Shown here in pieces: positions 53,705-64,000 of a stretch of DNA of 64,000 bases. The DNA is from Perna viridis. Taxonomy: Eukaryota. How positions within the stretch are numbered: the first letter of the stretch is position 1; each line of letters begins with the position of its first letter. Under the pieces are notes generated by a model. It was not told the origin of the DNA. It saw only the letters and a program-made list of their open reading frames with translations, and did no database searches. The position numbers were made by a program, and so were the translations under genes. Location: contig CM074517.1 of assembly GCA_037379345.1 (NCBI GenBank), positions 43,070,500-43,134,499 on the forward strand. Direction: 5' to 3'.

Positions 53705-56585
53705 ACTTTTTTGTGCATATGTTTTTCTTTTTTCAAAATTTCTGTATTTTAATTATCTAAATTATAAATATAAAGCAACTTCAGAAACCAATTTAAGTGA
53801 GATAAAAAATTAAATTCTTCCACAACTTTATATTTTGTAAAATTAAGTAATTTTTTATGTAATACATACGTGCACGTCTGCTAATAAAGTTAATATTTTT
53901 TTTTTATATTTCACAAGTAGAGGTCATCACCTATAAAGATCTTTGTCATAATAATCGAAACAATCTCATAAGACTCTATCATGGGAATCTAAGAAAGTGA
54001 AAAGGAAATTAAGTCTTATTATCATGATCACCTGTTTTCCATTGAAAGAAAATCTTTTTAGATTAACATATTCGGAGTTACATCATTTTTTATGGACGCA
54101 ATATGCTTTGAACACAATACAGTATTTTTACGAAGGCACATGACACCCCTTATAATCAGGCAATGAGATTAAAAGTCATTATGGGATCTCCTTTGTCAAA
54201 TCTAATGCCAACAAGTTTAAAATCCATCCATGAAGTTGCCAATTTCTTTTTTAATGAAAGTTTGAACTGGCTATGAATTCACCACTTTAAATTAATAAAC
54301 CTTTTCTCTGTAGTTGTAAATATCATTATGATGGCTATTGAAAAAGAAATTTTAATATAGTTTAATCCTGTTTTATGTGGAGAGGTTTCTAAAAAAATTG
54401 TTTTAATCTTTTTGAGATTGAATTTTCTATTACAATGTCTGTTTTAGGGCATTGAAAAGAGAAAGTTATATTTTAAATAGATGTGCATTTTTTGTTAGCT
54501 CTACATACAATCACTGCACTCATATAAATTGCGAATAAATTTAGATTTATTTGATACAAGTAGTAATCTTGTTTCATCTTATTTTCGTGGAATATTTCTT
54601 AAGAAATTTTATCTCTTTGATCTTGTTTAAAAAGTGTAACTATATTTCTGTACATTATGTGTCCACACTTATTTTCTAATCTTCATTTAAAAGTAGTCTG
54701 CATAATTAAAATATCATTCAGAAGTATGTGATGAAAAGGGACGGTTGCCGTTTTGTATGGAGTTTGAAAGCAAACATGATTTCTTGTTTAAGTGTGTAAC
54801 TTTTGTTAGACTTCAACATGTGTTAATGATATTCACTATCAAAGTGGTAAATACAGTATAGACCTGGCATTCCATACAATGTTTCTTATATCTATAAATA
54901 TATTTAATTATTAATTTTATTTACCGCGGTTAAACAATATCGACGTTTAAAGGTAAAAAAGACAAAAACAAAAAAAAACAAACAAAAACAAACAAAAACA
55001 AACAAAAAAAATTAAAAACAAAAAAATCAGAGATGAGAATAGAAAATAATGGAAACAATAAATTAAAAAACAAGTCAAGAAATCTTGAAAAATCAACGCG
55101 TAAAATAAACGACTATCGTTTAGAATATGACAATAGAAATAGATAAAAAAATCAAAACAAGTCAAGAAATCCTGAGAAATCATTGAGTAATACAAAGGAC
55201 TTTGGTAAAAAAGTTGCATAAAATTCATTATCTCTTATATATACTCATAATAAACACTCAATGGTCGTGTTTTCCAATAGTAAAACAATTTACGTATGAT
55301 TTGAAAGTCGGAGTTAAATTAAAATATTCCTACATTAAAAAAATGAAGCTGACAAATTCTTTAAAAAGTGTTACATTTGTTTTCTTCCTGTAAAAAAATC
55401 ATAATCAAATAAAAATTTTAAATTTTGATGTTATTTATTTCCAATTAGATAACACCTTTTAACTTACTTTAAATATTCACGTTTTGAACGCGACATTTTC
55501 ATTCGACCGTTCATATTTTTAAATGTAAACTTTAAATTTTGACTGCATTTGATTTCTTTTCTTGACTGTTTTACCACACAAAGAATTAGGGCTTTAAGAG
55601 CATATATTTCTTATCTCTGCATTATACCTACTCAGATAATCATAAGTAAAGGGCGATAACACGTTCAATAGAGATAAGCGAAGGGAGATAATATGTTCAA
55701 TAGAACTGATATTTGAATATTTTGTCGTTCTCGATTACTTCTGTGGATTTAAATTTACCTTTCTGATGTATTGTTATTAGTCATGAAATAGATTTTCATT
55801 AAATTTCGAACTCAGAATTCAAATGAGGCATACTAAACAGGCATTGAAGAATGAATTTAAATTCACTTTTCTAACATGGAATTAACCTACAACGATTTAG
55901 TGGGGCTCGATCCATGAAAATGTTTTAATGTACACTTGAAAAGTTTTCAATCGGCCACCGTTGAGAATTGTGGTAAACTGTATATAAATATGCAATATCT
56001 CCACTAACTGACCCAGTGTTAAGTTAAAACCAGATCAATTTTTCAATGGCCTTATTCGGCTGGATTGCTGAGGCATTAAATTCGTCAGGTGAACGAAGTG
56101 CAGAAACAGTACATAGAAAAATACAAACATCTGTAGTAGTCTTACCACTATTGAGTTTCGTAAGTGTTTGAATTGGGTAAGTTGGAACCTTGTAGGGAAT
56201 TAAGCTTGACAGCTCTTCGGAAGTATTGGTCATAATTCTAATTAGTTGCTAAGTCTGGGGTCATTATGACGAAACAACGGTTTAAAGCCCTTGATTTGAA
56301 TCTGAAATTGATACAATGTATTATTCAAACTCGAAACAATAAAATATAAAGTAGGCTTTGTTAACCATTAGCATATTTGCAATAAAGAAGCTTATGTGTT
56401 TCCTTAGGACGTCTATAACTTTGTTAAGTGTCAGTTTAAGTTACTTAAATAAACCAGATCGCAAAGTTCAGTTGAACTTAATCAGTTTGCATTATCATTA
56501 AAATGTAGGTTTAAAAGAATTTTTTTGTTTGATTTACACCACAATTGAGAGGAGTCTAGCTTTCAGGGGTCCCCTATAATAATGA

Positions 56586-56749
56586 CAGTGAAACCTGTCT
56601 AAACCGAACCATAAAAAACAGAAAACATGTCTGAAGTCCCTTTACACATTAGTTAAAGTGTATTTTGAACCTGGGTAACCGAACAGCTAGGTGTCGAAAG
56701 TGAACAACTTCTTAGTTCAAACGGGGTTTGGGTTATACAGGTTTCATTG
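56586..56749. mobile_element. Tc1/mariner (pogo/Tigger-like) MITE
   Basis: TIRs cagtgaaacctgtctaaacc / ggttatacaggtttcattg, followed by TA on the right (left flank is GA). There is an internal partial repeat of the terminus (gaacctgggtaaccgaac). Confidence 0.75.
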
Positions 56750-58604
56750 TAATGATAAAACGATAATCTATACTAGCAAGATGAAAATTCCGTTATTCAT
56801 ATGAAATATACTCGACCAAACTTATTGGTTTTCAGATAAAACCAATTTATAACACATTTATATAAACATGATTACTAACTTTTGAATATGAACAGATTTT
56901 GGAAACAATCTGAATACCCATTTTCTTTAGGTTAACGATACTGGAGGGATAATCGATTGATAATATCATTGTTAACTTATCTTAAGAAGTTTTATAGGTG
57001 TTACTTCCCTTTATTTATATCAGTATTATTAAAACTCGGCAAACCGACATATGTTATACGCATTTCCTAAAAAAAATAAATACAAAAAGACATTATAATA
57101 ATAAAATAGGATATTTATTTATGAAATATCTAAATAACATTATATGATTGTATTAGATTTTACATGGTGAAAAAGCTCCCCAAGAGGCGATGTTATTCTC
57201 ATATCAAGGTTAAAGATCACACATGATTCGAGTTGATTTTCCGGGAAAAAAGTTAAAAATCACTAGTTTGCGATGACAGTATAACATTGTCATGTTCGGT
57301 ACCATTGCTATTTTAATAAATACCTAATAATTTGCATTGTAAAATCATTTTATTAGTTGTAAATAGTATTGAAGAAACAACATTATTAGGATTAAGGATA
57401 CGTTGTGATTTATGTATAACTTTTTGTTCAATCAAATTTCTTCTAGATATACAGTTTTATGTTCTATTTTATGGCAATGGATTCATATATTTGAGATACA
57501 TGATGTCAACTAATTTGTTTTTGCTGATAATATTTTTTTGCAAAATAGGATGTTGCTAATCGGAAAAATTTGAAACTACATTATTCATGTTTTTATCAAG
57601 TATAAAGTATAAGTTAAAAAAAGAACGGATAAGATGAAACGCAACAAATACACCAGCTTCCTAAATCCAAAATAGTGAAGTATATAAACACCCTTAAGTA
57701 AGTTCTGAAAGGCCCCGACAGCAAAAGTAATAACATCCACGAATGACAAGTACAATATGTATAATGAATTTAAAAAAAATCAATAGATAATAAACTCGGT
57801 AAAATAAAGAGAGAAAAAAATACAACTGAAATAAAATAATAAAATAGCGCTCTCCATATATTAATATTTAAGTAGATAAACTAATATGCAGTCAAGTTAA
57901 AACTCGGATACAGGAGTTAATAAGATGTTTTAAAAAATGTACCCTTTCTGTCATAAGAAAAATTTCTAACTTTCATTTGAGCAGAAACCTTCCTTATTCA
58001 CGGTTAGTTAAATATAAATATATTCGCAAATGCAATACGTCAAGTTTCCGGAGTGCATTTCTATATTCCTTAAATGTTTTTACTTCAGAATATTGACAGG
58101 CGTGGCGAAATGTACGAGCTCAGCAACGGTTACCTCACAGGACGAAATTAAGAATTTTAACGAATGAATAGAAAACATTCATTCACATTAGTAAATAAGG
58201 GAAATCATTTGTGAATATTCGATACAAAATTATTTTGTACCCAATAAAAACTTTCCTAAACGTTTGATGTTGTTCAGTAAATTGATGTGTACATCGTTTA
58301 AAACCTCGTTTTGGACCTTGTCCTATTCCGCGACCAATATGCATGAGAACACCTAAGTCACTTATACGTTTTGAAGTGTTTGTAATCGTTTATCCATTCT
58401 AATTTCAGTTTTGTTTTCTACTATTCTATGATTGTTTCACACATTATTTGTCAATCAGAATAAATTACCTATTTCTACAGACCTTGTATACTTTGATGAA
58501 AGGTTTTGCTGAATTGCAAAGACTTCTTTTTCGCTCGTGTCGGGAAGTTGAATTATTGTTGCTATACTATTTCCGGATTATACTAATTGCAATATGACAG
58601 ATTC

Positions 58605-58850
58605 CGCTGAGACAGCAGGACATGTTTACCCGTCTGGTGCGGATGATTTCACTCCCGTCTTTTCATAAAGTTCATATTTATAGTGCTTTATAGTTTGTTG
58701 TGTGAAGCCTTATTTTCTTTTCTTCAGTTTTTGTATGTAATATATTTTTTAGATCGTTTTTCCCCTTTTGTTCACGTTTTTGTCATCATTTTAGATTATG
58801 ACGTTTTTGAATTGTCCATTGCTGATGCTTTGGTATTTTTTTTCCGATAT
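58605..58850 (+). mobile_element. Highly degenerate 3' UTR fragment of a related Penelope-like element
   Basis: agcaggacatgtttacccgtctggtgcggatgatttcactcccg followed by a T/G-rich tract has the same layout as the family 3' UTR. Confidence 0.45.
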
Positions 58851-59499
58851 TCTGCAACAAATGGAAAGAAAAGTTCAGTGTCATCAACTTGGGGTAGATC
58901 ATGCCTAAAAATGTAGATTTTTTTTCATCAGATATGATATGAATGATCTTGCTGTAATATTGCCCTACAAAATTCATCGGATAATGAACTTAATTTTGAG
59001 ATTTTTTATATATATATGAAAGTAATTTTTACAATACTTTTTTATGAATTCTGTAGAGAATGTTGAGTATTTCGAAAATTGAAAAACAGGTATTGAATTT
59101 TATAATTTTATAAATAATGAAAAAAAAAACACTATTTCTGACATTCTTTCATATTTCAAAATGGAGTTGAATTTTCAAACATTTTTTCCTGTCATATAAA
59201 ACAAAGCTGAAATTACAACTCATTTCTGTACGCCTCAAATCATTTCCATTTGAAAGAGAATGTAATTTGCGCGACAACGTCTCAGGGATTTTTGTTTTAA
59301 TGCGGTTTGTTTTGTGTGATAATTTTTTTTTATTTTTATTTTTATATTCGTTAGCTATGTTTTCTAATAGCACACTGTGAACATGTCTATACTATATGTT
59401 ATGCAATTTCTCCCTTCAGAGTAATTAAACAGCATGAAAAAGGTATGTCTTTATGTGTTTTTACCTTATTGCCCTTCATTAGTTCATGTTTTCAAAATG

Positions 59500-60270
59500 C
59501 TGGAAATTTTCGATCGACAACAAATGTTAACTAACCGTCGACATTCCAATGGGAACAAATTGTGCTACTCTACTCCTGACTTATTCCTTCACTGTTATGA
59601 CGCTGACGTTATAGCTTATCTTATCCAATGGAAGGAATTCGTTTTGCCGGATCTTTTTATCTCAGTTACAGCAACATATATGATGAATTTTCGTTAAATA
59701 ATCAAAGTTTCGGGAATTTTATTCATCGCACATCTACCCTTAAGAACTTGAAATATAGGATATAACAGACACATCCCTTCAGCACCTGCATATGGAGTTT
59801 TCATATAAGAACTCATACGATATGCCAGAGCTTGCCATAACTACGCAGACTTTTTGTACCGCGCTAGACTTCTTACAATTAGACTTCTGTATCAGGGTTA
59901 TGTTGCTATTAGTTTGAAGTCATCACTACAGAAGTGTTATGGTCGTCATCATAAACTATAGTGTATCGATGGTGTATCCATCTGCACCATGAGAACCGAT
60001 TCGTTCAACGTGTCATAGTTTTCTTTTCCTCTTTCGTCTACCCCGACTTTTGACTCGGCGGGTGTTTCTAGATAAGCAGAGGACGCTTACCATACCGGTG
60101 CACTGGGTCCATGCTCCCAGTTTATAGTGGATTCCAAGTTGCTCATTTACGTTTGTTGATTTGTACGTATTATTTTGGTTTATTAATGTTTTTTTGACGT
60201 GTGTGTCTGTTTCCCTGTCCGGTTTTTGTTTTGTCCTTGCTATAACCTTGATTCCCTTGATTACTATTTG
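59500..60270 (+). mobile_element. Penelope-like retroelement fragment (RT core motifs, C-terminus, 3' UTR), decayed with an internal deletion
   Basis: gacattccaatgggaacaaattgtgct = (G)IPMGTNCA RT motif. A frameshifted YxDD-like segment and IYPKELEI-like residues follow, then IPSAPAYGVFI...RYARAC...DFLYRARLLTIRLLYQGY. Stop TAG at 60016-60018. The 3' UTR is shared with the other copies. Confidence 0.82.
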
Positions 60271-60927
60271 TTGTTTCATTCATCCAAACAGCTACCTATA
60301 GAGTATGTAAATCGGAAACGTGACTCCGTGGTTTCACGAAAATGCATGGAAATTCGTCATTTACCGAGTGTTAAGTTCGACATTGAGAACATAACAACTG
60401 GCTGTGTAAAAATACCGATAAAAATAAAAATGACAGAAATCTATTTCTACATGATACAATAGTTAAGATAATAAATAAATAAATGAATAAATAAATGCGT
60501 TTCGAGATCCCGAAATTAAATAACAAAATGCAGGTCGGTGTTTCGAGTTTCGATACATAGTACATGGAGGAAAATGAAACTATGAAGAGACTTACACACC
60601 CTATTCATCACTCTAGAAATGATACAGAAGTTTATTATACTTATTTTATTTATGTAAGAACTTCACATACTTTTGATATGTCGTTTTTCACAAGAATTTA
60701 AAATAGTGATCGACAAACTCACTGGACCAGGACCACGTCTTACCACTTGACCCATTAATTCTCTATGATTTTTTGTGGTAATTATAGAATTTGGAGAACG
60801 TTTGAGTGGGCGGAACATAAATGAGATGGAACAATATCGACATATGCTTGTCTGTAAGACTGTCACAGGGACCCAAATATTTGTTTTGTTTCCATACATT
60901 GTACTCATCATTTCATGTTGTTATCAG

Positions 60928-61036
60928 GGACATGGGTTAATAAAGCACCCGTAAGAATTAAGTCCATGAAAATCCTTATAGAACCAATGGGACTTACGTG
61001 CACGTAAATCTTACGTAAGCTTTATGATATAATGCC
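60928..61036. mobile_element. Possible PIF/Harbinger-like MITE, degenerate
   Basis: Flanked by CAG on both sides with GG..CC termini. Imperfect TIRs (ataaagc...cgtaag / cttacg...gctttat) and internal ttacgtaa palindromes. Confidence 0.45.
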
Positions 61037-61934
61037 CAGTCCAGTAATTCCTTTAAAAAATGTAAATAAATATATTAAGTTATATTTGTTGAATATTATG
61101 CTAATAAAATGTATTTGCTTTTTCAATCTACAAAAGTTCATCCTTTTATAAGTGTAAATTAATATTTCATTGTTAGAAAATAAATGCATCACATTTCAAG
61201 TTTAACGACCGTTTGAAATAAATATCAGGTTTTGTATCAGCATTAATATCTACTTTATAAAATCAATTAATATTTACCGAGTCAGACGATTTGATTGAAA
61301 TCATGACCACAAAGTAAACAGTTTTTACGGATCAAAAATGCTTTACAAATTGTAGCTAACAGGAAAGATATTAATGTATTGATTGAGCATAAAAATATGC
61401 TGTAAATACGATTCATGATTAACATCTTGAGAAATACCAAAATGATGACGTTTTGTGCAGGGAACTCATACGTCACGGTGATATGATTGCAATTTAAAAT
61501 AATCTCTTTTACGCCCATGATTGAATTCGAATGCAAAATGTGGGAACTTTACCAATCTCATTATGGTAAAAGAGTTTATTTTAACAAGTATAAGAATTGC
61601 TTTTGGGTTCACTTAGTACACTCATACACTGTTAGAGTGAACTGTGAAGTTTACACGGGAAACATTTTTTGCTTGGCTGATGATATTAGGCTTCGACAAA
61701 AGGATAATTTTATAATTCATTAGTGATGTATTGAAGTATCTTTAGCCTCGGTCGTATGTTATTAGATTATATACTTAAAAAGAAAATAATTGTCAACACA
61801 GATGTCGAAATGACTAACCCATATGTACCACACAAGGTTGAAATCAAAACTTGGGTTCACATCTTAAGACCAAACCTGTATTTTCATTTTTTTATTATAA
61901 TTTTGTTATGCTATGTAATTTATATTTACCTTGG

Positions 61935-62059
61935 AAGACACACAAGAAAGAACATGAAATTGAAAATTTCATTAAATGAGTAACTCGCACTCCCATGGAT
62001 AAGGTGCGCCGGTAGTATTAGTATTCTATGCTTTTCTAGAAATATCGGCCGATCGAGTT
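61935..62059 (-). mobile_element. Degenerate 3' UTR fragment of the Penelope-like family
   Basis: Reverse complement has ...tttctagaaaagcatag...ctaccggcgcaccttatccatgggagtgcgagttactcattt, alignable to 60065-60150. Confidence 0.65.
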
Positions 62060-64000
62060 GTTCATAAAGTGTTTCTGAATTGTTGCGAGTATCAAAAACA
62101 TAAAACATCTTTATTGTCTTCCATGCATTACTACCTAATAACAATATATAATAATCATTTTCTCCGTAATATTATCAATTACGTAACTGCTTAACCGATG
62201 ATGTCATGTTGAAGGTATAGACAAAAGTTTTGACCTCATGTATAATTCCTTTTATGCTGTAGCCTGAATATGTTAACGTTATCACTAGGAGTTTAAATAC
62301 AAGACTGGCATCAAACTTCAAACGATCAGTTAATGAGATATTTTTGTAACAATTATCGTTGCCGCCCGGCAGAAATGATATCTTAAAAACGTATCTTACA
62401 AACTAACAGACAATTTGTTTAAAATCCAAACAGTATTAAAACCGTACAACAATGTAGAGATTAAGTTAATAAAAAGGCAATACAAAAGCAGCTTATACAT
62501 TAATGTCCACAATTAGCGAGATTGTTATAAACTTTATATGTCTTAATCTTATCATTCAAATATATTGCAACTTCATAGCATTGTTAAAATTATCTTTAAA
62601 GTTGAGACAAATGTTATTGCAATCGAGTCTTCATTAGTCTGTTAGCAGCCGTAATTTGATAATCTGACTCAAAAAGCCTATTTGGCAATGCATTTATACA
62701 CAACTCTACCATATCTAAACGAATTTGAGTGTTTGCTAACGATTTTGTGATGAAGTTGCATAAATTCGTCATGGCTCTATTGTTCTGTTGTTTTCTTGTC
62801 TTTCAGCTTTTATAACATTTTCTGTGCGATCAGTTTTTGAGGATACCATTAATATCTCTTAATGGTTTGTGTCTATAAAATAGATTTGTATTCAAAACGA
62901 GTTTTACTTTTGCACTCCTTGCTCAATTATCTCCGTAATTGAGGGGAAATAGCGATATTTGTATACGGGCTAGGTTCGAACAGCGGAACCGTGGGCCTGA
63001 ATTAATGAACTTAAAGACAGTAATAAAACATAGCACTGGCTAAAAAGCATAATAAAGGAGGTTTATTGTTAAATTAATGTTGAATATTCCATGTTTCGGT
63101 TCGTCAACTTCTGCGAAAATCTAAACAAGATTAGATTATTAAATTTTCTATAGAAATTTCTTCAAGCACTCTGTTTTTCCCAATCACTTAATTGTGGCAT
63201 CGAAGAAAATCGGAAATAATTTGAGGAATTTTACACGGATTGATATTTAGTTCGAACAGTGTTTTGTTAAATTTTTATGAGGGCAAATAAGTTAGGCAAA
63301 AATTATTTTAACTGAATGCATAATTTCTCAATTATCACTGTTAGGAACATTTACGATCGGAAAAACGATTCAGTAGACATTTTGTGCTTGTAAAACGCTT
63401 TAAAAGTTTTCTAATGTGTTTCTATGATAATCGTTTTGAAATTACTTTTACAAAGCATTATTGTTAAGCCTGAAATAATAAGTCAAATGACGGTAAAATG
63501 ATATTGATTCGCTGTCATGACACAATACAAAATGTTCAGTGAATAAGTGACTAACTGAAAATGTACAAATAATCAGGCGTCTATTGGTACAATGAACGGC
63601 TTAACTTACTATAAATAAATCGTTTATATACGCTGCTACTTTGTCAATAGTAAGACCGAGTGCATTTCAGGTAAAATAAGCCCCATGAAATGGCACAAGC
63701 ACACAATAGCGTCACTTTTTAATAATACTTTTTTTTCAAAATTGTTATGGTTCTTGCCATTTCCAATTTTATGTTTACGTACAAAGTTAAGTCGATGATT
63801 AAAACAATTATAAACTAATGACGTCTAATAGTGTGTTTGTAAGCCTGAGTCATTTCTTTTTCATTATTTTGTGTCCTAAAAATAGTATTTGAACAGAAGA
63901 TAGAAAGCAGAAACATAGATATAAAATGCAGAATCCTGTGAAAAAAATTTAACTACTTACTACTGGAAATCAATAGGTCGCAGTCACTTTTAGTGGCACA

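Overview
AT-rich animal genomic DNA. The repeat families look like those of a lophotrochozoan, most likely a bivalve mollusc (inference). I can support one protein-coding gene: a three-exon BarH-like (Barhl/BarH1) NK-class homeobox gene on the + strand (21246-21702, 27161-27383, 30053-30335; 320 aa) with an eh1/FIL repression motif. It lies in a gene desert of about 21 kb upstream and 34 kb downstream. That desert holds several homeodomain-site-rich or CpG-retaining blocks that look like enhancers. The rest is repeats: (i) four copies of a ~500-bp SINE-like retroposon with a microsatellite tail, target-site duplications and a base-paired, non-tRNA 5' head; (ii) six fragments of a Penelope-like retroelement whose 3' UTR can form a compact pseudoknotted fold, two of which begin and end at the same points; (iii) a decayed twister-ribozyme-like sequence; (iv) several MITEs, a tRNA-derived SINE head and tandem repeats. 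The best leads for an undescribed system are the structured RNA domains of the two retroelement families. Almost all ORFs in the supplied track are spurious. No searches or folding programs were run, and the boundaries of degenerate repeats are approximate.
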